From Chitinophagales bacterium (GTDB taxonomy: Bacteria; Bacteroidota; Bacteroidia; Chitinophagales; Saprospiraceae), in the NCBI GenBank assembly GCA_038246735.1, contig JBBRVQ010000015.1:9200-73199 (forward strand): DNA of 64,000 bases, written 5' to 3'. Positions 55,997 to 64,000 of the stretch are shown piece after piece. A program made the translations under genes and the position numbers. The notes beneath the pieces are model-generated. The model had not been told where the DNA came from and did no database searches. It was given only the letters and a program-made list of their open reading frames with translations. The first letter of the stretch is position 1, and every line of letters begins with the position of its first letter.

Positions 55997-57460
55997 ATGA
56001 AGCATTTCATAATGATAATGACATACGTATTGACGCCAGCCTTGTGCTGGTGTCAATATTTTTATAGGACGTATCCCAAAGAACGGACAGCGACGTTTGC
56101 AAGTATTATTGATCATGAAAATTCTGTTATACTTAGTACGGGAAAAAAATGTGAGTTTTGGGAATGTAGTGAGGTGACACGATTTGACTATTTAGGAAAT
56201 CAGATATGGAATACAGAATTTATCAATACTGATGTCGGATCTGCTACTTTGCTATTGCTTAATGATACATTGTATGTTGGTGGAAATTATAATCCAGGAA
56301 AAGCTATTAGTGTTATAAATAGGATGGCACTTGATGGAAAAGTAATAGACGAACATATTTATTCAGATTCTTTGAATAGATTTGAAAGGAGTTTAGTCAA
56401 TCAGTTATGTAGCGACAATAAAGTATTATATTTCAGTGGAGGATCTTATATTGGCAATGGGGGCAAGGCATTAATATATTCTATTAACAAATCTATGGAT
56501 TTAAACATTTGTTACGTTGATACTATTCAGGAAAATTCAGTAGTTTGGGACGCACACATTGGCCCAGATAATGTACTCACTTGCTTTATCATGGAAAATG
56601 GATTTGCTGCACCTCGAGATCGACGAAGGATTGAGAAGTATGACCAAGATCTCAATCTTGTATGGAATTATCAGCCACCAGATTCATTGCTTTTTTTAGG
56701 GAATGATATACACCTTCGTGGGACAGTTCTAAACAATGGTAATATATTTTTCAGCTATTATAAGTTCGGGTGGAATGACAGATTACCTAACCTACGCTGT
56801 ATAGATACTGTATCAAAACAAACAAAATGGGAATATGATTTCCCCAATATATCCTCGCATGGAAGACAAGTTTTAAGAACCAAGGAACTAAAAAATGGAG
56901 ATATATTAATTTCAGGTCAATATGCAACGTTTGCATCAACTCCAAGAATTCGAAATTCGCCATGGTTAATGAGAATTGATCGGAATGGCAATCGCAAGTG
57001 GGAAAAAGCGTATGTTGAACTTGAGCCCGATGGTCAAGATAAAACAGGCGCCCTTTGGGATGAAATCGAGCTTGACAATGGCGACATCATGGCTTGTGGA
57101 TTTGTAATTAATGACAATAAACAGGTTCCACTACTCATCCGTACAGACGCCGATGGATGCATAGATCAGGGACAAACCAACTGTCCTACTGTGCAGATTA
57201 TCGATCTGATGACTGGAGCGGTAGATGAGATAGGTAAACCACTTATTTCTATTAATCCCAATCCCGCATCTACCTATATTACCATCGATGCTTCAGCTCG
57301 CTCAATCTATACAATATATAGTCTCAGTGGTCAGGAGATGATGACAGGCGTAGTCGATAATGCCGATATAGATATTTCGCATTTGAATGTTGGCTTCTTT
57401 ATAGTCAAAATTATTGATCGTTCTGGAAACATCTATAATCTCAAATTACAAAAAATATAA
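55997..57460 (+). CDS. hypothetical T9SS-secreted protein (beta-propeller-like)
   Basis: Signal peptide ...PALCWC|QYF and C-terminal sorting domain ISINPNPASTYITIDAS...GFFIVKIIDRSGNIYNLKLQKI. Confidence 0.7.
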   Translation: MKHFIMIMTYVLTPALCWCQYFYRTYPKERTATFASIIDHENSVILSTGKKCEFWECSEVTRFDYLGNQIWNTEFINTDVGSATLLLLNDTLYVGGNYNPGKAISVINRMALDGKVIDEHIYSDSLNRFERSLVNQLCSDNKVLYFSGGSYIGNGGKALIYSINKSMDLNICYVDTIQENSVVWDAHIGPDNVLTCFIMENGFAAPRDRRRIEKYDQDLNLVWNYQPPDSLLFLGNDIHLRGTVLNNGNIFFSYYKFGWNDRLPNLRCIDTVSKQTKWEYDFPNISSHGRQVLRTKELKNGDILISGQYATFASTPRIRNSPWLMRIDRNGNRKWEKAYVELEPDGQDKTGALWDEIELDNGDIMACGFVINDNKQVPLLIRTDADGCIDQGQTNCPTVQIIDLMTGAVDEIGKPLISINPNPASTYITIDASARSIYTIYSLSGQEMMTGVVDNADIDISHLNVGFFIVKIIDRSGNIYNLKLQKI

Positions 57461-57508
57461 TCTAAAGGTTTAAACAAAAAATAATTATTCACTAATAAAA
57501 ATTCAAAT

Positions 57509-58051
57509 ATGAAAATCTTAATCATTCCTTTTATGTTGTTCTTAGCATCATGTTGCAATGAAGATGAAAAGCTATCCATTCATTCCGATTGTATTCAAAT
57601 GGAGCAAAATTCTGATTTTGTCACCGAAGAATTAAATCAAGATTATACTATTCAATTTCCAAAAGATTTCACAGGAACAGGATTGGATTCAACTTCATTT
57701 ATTAGTTTTAGAAAGGAAAAAAGTGATAAAATAACTTTTTCCTATACTTTCAATTCAGACATAGGACCAAGTTTTTATTATGGACACAAATTACCAGATC
57801 CATTTCCTCTAGAACTTGATATTCCTACTCAATCGTTTTCAAAAAATCTAAATATTAAAAAAGATTTATGTATCGATGATAAAATAGTCGGAATACTTTA
57901 TTATAATCAGAATGGAGAAAATGAAGCTTCCAATGGTAAATTGTTTTTAGAGTATAAAACTTGGTATTATGAAGCTTTGCAAATTACTTTTTCAGAAAAT
58001 ATAATAATTGAAGAAATATTTGAAATATTGAAAACAATAAGAAAGAAATAG
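57509..58051 (+). CDS. hypothetical lipoprotein
   Basis: 180-aa ORF with lipobox FLASCC. No family recognised. Confidence 0.55.
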   Translation: MKILIIPFMLFLASCCNEDEKLSIHSDCIQMEQNSDFVTEELNQDYTIQFPKDFTGTGLDSTSFISFRKEKSDKITFSYTFNSDIGPSFYYGHKLPDPFPLELDIPTQSFSKNLNIKKDLCIDDKIVGILYYNQNGENEASNGKLFLEYKTWYYEALQITFSENIIIEEIFEILKTIRKK

Positions 58052-58319
58052 AAACAACCAGATGACAACACAGGCTTTGATGTACATGCCGCCCTAACGG
58101 GACGGCACGTCACAAAGCCAAAACGCCAAATGCAGTACATAGACTATTTGTGAAGAATACCAGAGAAGAAATTATGCAGGCATTTGCTGATTTTCATGCG
58201 GGTAAATTCAGGACAATGGTTTAAGAAAACAATTTTATTTGTTCATCAAATATTTTTTTTTGAAATAAAATGCAGCGATTTTCCTGTTTTTCTTACTTTT
58301 ACTTTTAAATGTTATTATT

Positions 58320-59921
58320 ATGAAGTCGTTGTCACAAATCTTTCTATTATTTCTACTTGCCTATATTTATGCACCTTGCTATAGCCAGATAACTGTAGCC
58401 CCAGAAAGAGCTGATGGAATGGGACCTTTTCCAAAGCTTATTATTCGGGGAGTGACACTCATTAATAGTACAGGAGCACCTCCAATGGGACCGGTTGATA
58501 TTGTTGTAGAAAATAATATTATTAAACAAATCAAAAGTGTAGGATATCCAGGTGTACCGGTAAACGATAAGGACAGACCAAAGGCAGGAACTGAAGACAA
58601 GGTCATAGATTGCACAGGGATGTATTTGCTGCCGGGATTTGTAGATATGCATGGTCATATTGGAGGACAGTCTCAGGGAACTCCGGCAGAATATGTGTTT
58701 AAATTATGGTTGGCTCATGGCATTACGACCATACGGGATCCGGCAAGTGGAAATGGAGTGAAGTGGACCATGGAACACAAAGCAAAAAGTTTGAAAAATG
58801 AAATAGCAGCGCCTAGGATATTGTGTTATCCAGCATTTGGATCAGGATGGGAAAAAGCTATCAGCACTCCGGAGGAAGCAAGGATGTGGGTGAGGGAAAA
58901 TGCAAAAAGTGGGGCTGACGGTATCAAGTTTTTTGGTGCAGCTCCAGAGATATTTAAAGCAGCTCTGGATGAAAATAAAAAACTTGGATTAAAATCTGCT
59001 TGTCATCACGCTCAGTTGGAAGTGGGACGGATGAATGTACTGGCGACTGCAGCTGCTGGATTAACAACTATGGAACACTGGTATGGATTGCCTGAGGCTC
59101 TGTTTGATGGTCAAACGCTGCAGGATTACCCGGCAGATTACAATTATAATAACGAACAAAATCGTTTTGAAGAAGCGGGAAAATTATGGAAACAAGCCGC
59201 AAAACCAGGCAGCGAAAAGTGGAATCAAGTGATGAATGAGTTATTGAAACTTGATTTTACCTTGGATCCTACCTTCAATATATATGATGCCAACAGAGAT
59301 TTTATGCGTGCAAGACAAGCTGACTGGCACAAGATTTACACTCTGCCTTCCTTGTGGAAGTTTTATGCTCCAAGCAGAATTTCACATGGTTCTTATTGGT
59401 TTGACTGGGGTACTGAGCAGGAAGTAGCCTGGAAGCAAAATTTTAACCTTTGGATGCAGTTTGTAAATGAATATAAAAACAAAGGAGGACGCGTCACCGC
59501 CGGCTCTGATTCAGGTTTTATCTATCAACTTTATGGGTTCGGGTATATCAGAGAACTTGAATTGTTGAGAGAAGCAGGATTTCTACCTTTGGAAGTGATT
59601 AGGGCAGCTACGCTTAAAGGAGCTGAAGCATTGGGCATGGACGATAAGATAGGGAGCGTAGAAATCGGTAAATTCGCAGACTTTGTTATACTTGAAGAAA
59701 ATCCATTGGCCAATTTAAAAGTATTATATGGTACAGGAGCTATAAAGTTGGATGAAAATAATGAAGCAGTTAGAGTAGGCGGTGTAAAATATACGGTGAA
59801 AGACGGAATCGTTTACGATGCTAAAAAATTGTTGGCTGATGTGAAAGCAATCGTGGACAAAGCGAAAGCAGAAAATGATTTTGAAATTTTGCAACCTGGA
59901 GACAAAAAAATAAAACCATAG
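58320..59921 (+). CDS. amidohydrolase family protein (metal-dependent hydrolase)
   Basis: Signal peptide ...APCYS|QIT, metal-binding motif LPGFVDMHGHIGG, and a later ...GSDSG... motif. 533 aa. Confidence 0.75.
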   Translation: MKSLSQIFLLFLLAYIYAPCYSQITVAPERADGMGPFPKLIIRGVTLINSTGAPPMGPVDIVVENNIIKQIKSVGYPGVPVNDKDRPKAGTEDKVIDCTGMYLLPGFVDMHGHIGGQSQGTPAEYVFKLWLAHGITTIRDPASGNGVKWTMEHKAKSLKNEIAAPRILCYPAFGSGWEKAISTPEEARMWVRENAKSGADGIKFFGAAPEIFKAALDENKKLGLKSACHHAQLEVGRMNVLATAAAGLTTMEHWYGLPEALFDGQTLQDYPADYNYNNEQNRFEEAGKLWKQAAKPGSEKWNQVMNELLKLDFTLDPTFNIYDANRDFMRARQADWHKIYTLPSLWKFYAPSRISHGSYWFDWGTEQEVAWKQNFNLWMQFVNEYKNKGGRVTAGSDSGFIYQLYGFGYIRELELLREAGFLPLEVIRAATLKGAEALGMDDKIGSVEIGKFADFVILEENPLANLKVLYGTGAIKLDENNEAVRVGGVKYTVKDGIVYDAKKLLADVKAIVDKAKAENDFEILQPGDKKIKP

Positions 59922-60156
59922 TACCAATGTATAAACAAAGCCTGTATAGGTTTATTTAGAATGTATTTTATTTTAGAACCATCCAAGTATTTGCTTTACT
60001 ATTTTTCAACTCAATAAGATAATAAACGGTTTACAAAAATTTCTTTTACACTCCTTCAAAGTTATTTGGCAATTTGGCAGGTGTTTGAGTACCTGAAGAA
60101 AGTTGTTCAGAATCCCACATTTATTTCCGGAGTATTATCCATGCTGTAGTAGTTAT

Positions 60157-60180
60157 CTCAAAGCTTTAAAAGCTTTGAGT
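60157..60180. repeat. perfect 24-nt palindrome CTCAAAGCTTTTAAAAGCTTTGAG
   Basis: Exact self-complementarity checked base by base. It lies in an 850-bp non-coding stretch. Confidence 0.8.
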
Positions 60181-60404
60181 GATATGATATTCGCGCAAGA
60201 TTTTAATCGTTTGCTGCAAATGAAGAACCGATAATAAAAAACGTTTTAACTTTTTAATATACTTTAAATTTCGCGGGTATTTGGTGAAAAATATTTCATA
60301 ATGTTGATGTTGATTTTTTTAAAGCTCTCAGTCTTTCAATATATGAGTTTACTCATAAAAGTAATTTTTTATTTAAATTTGGAATATATATATACTAATT
60401 TGCT

Positions 60405-60495
60405 AATCATCTGTTTACCTGATGGGTATACCACTTTAGAAAGTCTCCCCTTAAGGGGCAGGGGGTTGGTTGGGATCGGGTAAAAACAGATGATT
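60405..60495. repeat. 91-nt element: 12(+2)-bp inverted repeat enclosing short palindromes and a G-run tract
   Basis: AATCATCTGTTT (60405-16) is the exact complement of AAACAGATGATT (60484-95). Inside are GGTATACC, CCCCTTAAGGGG (60447-58) and GGGGCAGGGGGTTGGTTGGGATCGGG. Confidence 0.7.
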
Positions 60496-60774
60496 ATCAT
60501 GAAAGTGGCATTTTCCGAGTGGACACAATATAATAATTATGTGTATTATGAAATTTTTGATGTAATATACTATATTCTAAAAGTATATTTAATAAAAAAT
60601 TTGAGTTTTGATGGTCACGTCCAAAGCAGTGGATGCATTAAAATCAATCCACCGCTGAGATTGCCCTTTCATTTCTCTTGACTTCAGTTAAAAAGCATGT
60701 TAATTCTTTTGATTGAAATTGATCATACCTGAGTATTCACAAATAATGAAGATGCAATCCACATCTACATTGTT

Positions 60775-61446
60775 TTATTTAAATAAAGCGTAAGCTACTG
60801 ACAAACTGATGGCATCTGGAGTTTCTAAAAACTGAGATTTTTTATATCCATAGTAGATGTGATCACCCACTGTTCTGAATGCTTTATCATATTTAAGATC
60901 AAAACTGAATCTTCCCAAATCATAACCAATAGCACCACTGAAACCAAAGCTAATATTTCTGAGTTTTTGATTATAGTTTTGTAGTACATCCAGTTCTGAG
61001 TGATGGTTTGCCAGAATATGCATAGCTGGTCCGACACCTATTCTAAAACCGTTAGAGATCAATCCGCCCATCACTTGCAAATCAACATAGCCAAATCTTT
61101 CTGTCTTGTTTTTTAAAGTTTGACCTTCAGTATTATAGCTGGTGACGTCAAAAGACATACCGTAAGTAGAAAAAAGTGCATTGGCTTCTGCATACAACCA
61201 TCCAAATCTTTTTTGACCCCATAATCCGGCAGAAAATTGTGGCGATGAATTTGATAATTCAACCTGATGAACCACGTAGTCCTGCTCGTTACCAATGTAG
61301 GTAATTTCTGGTCTGGTGACTATGGCTCCGCCAGAAATTTTAAACCCATATCTGGACGCAAAGTTTTCTTTTGCTTTTGATGAGTATTGAGCTGTAGCGC
61401 TTAGTGTCCCGATGAAGATGATGATGAAGACAAATAAATTTTTCAT
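60775..61446 (-). CDS. outer membrane beta-barrel (porin-family/OmpA-like barrel) protein
   Basis: 223 aa with signal peptide ...GTLSATA|QYS, alternating amphipathic beta strands and a C-terminal aromatic end (...VAYALFK). Confidence 0.6.
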   Translation of the reverse strand: MKNLFVFIIIFIGTLSATAQYSSKAKENFASRYGFKISGGAIVTRPEITYIGNEQDYVVHQVELSNSSPQFSAGLWGQKRFGWLYAEANALFSTYGMSFDVTSYNTEGQTLKNKTERFGYVDLQVMGGLISNGFRIGVGPAMHILANHHSELDVLQNYNQKLRNISFGFSGAIGYDLGRFSFDLKYDKAFRTVGDHIYYGYKKSQFLETPDAISLSVAYALFK

Positions 61447-61799
61447 TTTAAAATTATTTTAGTGTATATGTAGTTAAACCTATATGCCAGTTCAAATATA
61501 CTAACAATACTTCATTTGTGCTGTTTTTATTGTGTTTAACTCCGATTAAAAACGATTTCAAACTATAACATATTATAGAATAATAAATCGTTAACACTGA
61601 ATTAACATTATTAATATTTTGTTTTGTAAAGTATGATTTGTGTCATATAAAATTAAATATTGTCAATTCGTACTTTCCGAAAATGATTTTATCTTACATT
61701 TATCATAATATAATTCCAATTTGGGTAATAAAAACAGGCATAGTTTCAAAAAGATTGCTGATATCTTTCAAATTAATATAATTCACGGATTCTAAAGGT

Positions 61800-61807
61800 T
61801 AAATTTG
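61800..61807 (+). promoter_or_regulatory. candidate -7 box TAAATTTG
   Basis: TAnnTTTG match 36 nt upstream of ATG 61844. Confidence 0.35.
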
Positions 61808-61843
61808 CCCTAATTTTTAACCCCTGTTATTTGTCGACCATTC

Positions 61844-63031
61844 ATGAATAATAAAGATTTAAAGTATGATTTAAGAGGCGTCTCGGCTTCAAAAGATGAA
61901 GTACATCAAGCTATAAAACATCTGGACAAAGGTTTGTTTCCCAATGCTTTCTGCAAAGTCATACCTGATATTGTGGCTGGTGATCCTGAATACTGCAATA
62001 TTATGCATGCAGATACTGCGGGTACAAAAACCAGTCTAGCTTACATTTATTGGAGAGAAACCGGTGATATTTCCGTTTGGAAAGGTATAGTGGAAGATGC
62101 TATTGTGATGAATCTGGATGATTTGGGTTGTATCGGTTGTTTTGACAATATGGTACTTTCTTCTACTATTGGGAGAAATAAAAGTATCATAACCGGTGAA
62201 GTTATTTCAACGATCATTAACTATACCCAGGAATTTCTGGACAAACTGGGGAAGTATGGTGTTGGGGTAACTTTGGCTGGTGGTGAGACCGCAGATGTAG
62301 GAGACATTGTGCGCACTGTAGATGTGGGATACACGGCTTTTGCGCGGATGAAAAGACAGGATATTATTAACATCGATATTCAGCCCGGAGATTATATCAT
62401 AGGGTTCAGTTCATCAGGTCAGGCCACCTATGAAGAAAGCTACAATGGTGGCATGGGAAGTAATGGCCTTACGTCTTCCAGACATGATGTTTTCAGTAAA
62501 TATTATGCTTCAAAATATCCTGAATCGTACAATGGACACATTCCAAATGAGGTCGTATATACAGGTAGCAAAAGGCTGACAGATGAGATTGAAATAGATG
62601 GTTCTAAAGTTACTGCGGGCAAATTGGTTTTATCACCTACGCGAACCTATCTTCCACTGCTAAAGCCTATTATAGAAAATCATCGAAACGCCATACACGG
62701 GCTTATCCATTGTTCAGGTGGTGGACAGACCAAAGTAAGTAAGTTTATGGGCAAAGGATTACGGATAATTAAAGATCAATTATTTGATACTCCGCCATTA
62801 TTTGATCTGATAAGGAATGAATCAGGACTTAGCCTGCGAGAGATGTATCAGGTATTTAACATGGGGCACAGATTGGAATGTTATGTTTCAGATTTATCTG
62901 TGGCGGAGGATATGATAAAAATTGCTGATTCCTTTGGCGTGGAAGCAAAAATAATAGGTAGGGTAGAAGCGTGTGACCATCCTCAGATAGAGATAATTTA
63001 TGCCGGTGAAAGCATGGTTTTTGATTTTTAA
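61844..63031 (+). CDS. purM: AIR synthase-family protein (phosphoribosylformylglycinamidine cyclo-ligase-like, Bacteroidota long form)
   Basis: 395 aa. The N-terminus ...YDLRGVSASKDEVHQAIKHLDKGLFPNAFCKVIPD...IMHADTAGTKTSLAYIYWRETGD matches the Bacteroidota PurM-like family. Confidence 0.6.
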   Translation: MNNKDLKYDLRGVSASKDEVHQAIKHLDKGLFPNAFCKVIPDIVAGDPEYCNIMHADTAGTKTSLAYIYWRETGDISVWKGIVEDAIVMNLDDLGCIGCFDNMVLSSTIGRNKSIITGEVISTIINYTQEFLDKLGKYGVGVTLAGGETADVGDIVRTVDVGYTAFARMKRQDIINIDIQPGDYIIGFSSSGQATYEESYNGGMGSNGLTSSRHDVFSKYYASKYPESYNGHIPNEVVYTGSKRLTDEIEIDGSKVTAGKLVLSPTRTYLPLLKPIIENHRNAIHGLIHCSGGGQTKVSKFMGKGLRIIKDQLFDTPPLFDLIRNESGLSLREMYQVFNMGHRLECYVSDLSVAEDMIKIADSFGVEAKIIGRVEACDHPQIEIIYAGESMVFDF

Positions 63032-63291
63032 ATGTGGATTTCCAAGTAAAGCATCTATTGGTAGTCAAGAATTACAGCTCTCTCAAAAGTTTGTCATATT
63101 GTTTGCCATAAAAATAAACATGACAAAGATAATAAAAATTAATATTTATGAGCATTTCTATAGCAAAAATAGCGCATAACAAGTATCTTGTGTGATGCGC
63201 TATTATTTTTCTGATTGCTTCCAATGGATGTATTAAAAATGTTATATTTATGGGATCGAAGTTAGAAACTTCGACCATCGGAATGAAACAT

Positions 63292-63861
63292 TTAATAAGG
63301 CATAAATCTGTGAACATATATCTGATCATAGACTTCATAAAAGTTCTCATTCTTGCATACATAAAATATTTTTGTAGAACCAATTTTTATATTGTTAATT
63401 TCTGAAACAATAAAAAAACCGTTATTATCTGCTTCATCAAAATAAATTGGGCTAAATACCAAGAATATCCTATGAGAGTTTATACTGTTATCAAGTTGCA
63501 TATTCAATGAATAATTAAATCTAGAAAAGTGTACTTCCTTACTGCTCTTTTGATTAACTACTGTATTTACATTATCTAACAGATGAAAATGCCAAAAATA
63601 GTTATTTGGTATAATTTCAATATATTTATTTTGATTTTCATTAAGATCATTGTAATAAAATATTTGCTCAGGAAATTTGCCTTCATTAACTTTAAAGTTC
63701 GGAAAATTTAGTGCAACATATACAGTGTCTACATGGCAAGTTGTATATAACAAATTTATAGCTGTAGAATAGCAATTAAACTGGTTTTTGTGGCTCAAAT
63801 CTTTACACCCAATAAGCAAAGCCCAAGCTAAATAAAATGAAAATAATAAGGCTTTTGTCAT
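63292..63861 (-). CDS. hypothetical lipoprotein
   Basis: 189-aa ORF with lipobox ALLIGCKD. Its ATG overlaps the upstream gene's TGA (ATGA). Confidence 0.55.
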   Translation of the reverse strand: MTKALLFSFYLAWALLIGCKDLSHKNQFNCYSTAINLLYTTCHVDTVYVALNFPNFKVNEGKFPEQIFYYNDLNENQNKYIEIIPNNYFWHFHLLDNVNTVVNQKSSKEVHFSRFNYSLNMQLDNSINSHRIFLVFSPIYFDEADNNGFFIVSEINNIKIGSTKIFYVCKNENFYEVYDQIYVHRFMPY

Positions 63862-64000
63862 TTACAAAAAGTATTTAGAGTTGACATTAATATATCATGT
63901 TTTTCTTTAAATTGCCTTATCCAAGGATCATTGAGCAGTTCTAGTTCATACCCTGCATTTTGAATACCTGACCAAGCCAAATACATATGGTAATCTACAA
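63858..64000 (-). CDS. hypothetical protein, C-terminal 46 codons only (gene runs off the window end)
   Basis: Minus-strand frame ...VDYHMYLAWSGIQNAGYELELLNDPWIRQFKEKHDILMSTLNTFCK* ends in a TGA that overlaps the ATG of the next gene. Confidence 0.4.
   Translation of the reverse strand, partial: VDYHMYLAWSGIQNAGYELELLNDPWIRQFKEKHDILMSTLNTFCK

Noticed and set aside
60301-60681. ORFs 60301-60483 and 60490-60681 in the long non-coding region
   Set aside because: Their composition is AT-rich and low-complexity (Ile/Leu/Tyr/Lys). The first ends inside the G-rich palindromic element. There are no promoter boxes and no family resemblance.
1-64000. Alternative genetic code or global stop-codon suppression as the explanation for the in-frame stops
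   Set aside because: TAA, TAG and TGA are all found both as internal stops and as normal terminators at the expected ends of conserved genes such as cysS, fabI, holA, the RND pump and surA. The internal stops share no common sequence context.

Overview
This is a visibly AT-rich chromosomal segment, almost certainly from a member of Bacteroidota. Four signals support that: four proteins end in a T9SS (type IX secretion system) C-terminal sorting domain; TAnnTTTG -7 promoter boxes sit upstream of many genes; Gln follows nearly every predicted signal-peptide cleavage site; and there is a TamL-type lipoprotein Omp85 paired with TamB. All family calls come from motif recognition by eye, with no database search.

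Most of the window is housekeeping or envelope biology:
- three tandem SurA/parvulin PPIase genes, tRNA-Ala(GGC), holA, cysS, a glutaminyl-cyclase-like M28 protein, fabI and a purM-like gene
- tamL-tamB, an MFS transporter and a CBM9/DUF5916-like outer membrane protein
- a dynamin-like GTPase next to a WbqC-like gene
- a tetR-tolC-MFP-RND efflux operon and an amidohydrolase

Accessory content:
- a 3238-aa T9SS adhesin with eight tandem HYR-like modules and a duplicated Cys-rich module pair
- a downstream cluster of T9SS cargo genes
- a 1.35-kb islet (12788-14160) bounded by 21-bp direct repeats. It holds a C-terminal remnant of an IS200/IS605-like Y1 (RAYT-like) transposase, a 2.75-copy tandem array of a 196-bp unit built from four GC-rich palindromic hairpins, and a ParE/antitoxin pair whose toxin is knocked out by a TGG-to-TAG change.

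The most striking window-wide pattern is gene disruption. At least seven small accessory genes are broken by single in-frame stop codons (TAA, TAG and TGA all occur) or by frameshifts in A-runs, while every large or essential gene is intact. I did not find a recognisable complete novel multi-gene system. The hairpin array/islet and the disruption pattern are the items I would follow up.
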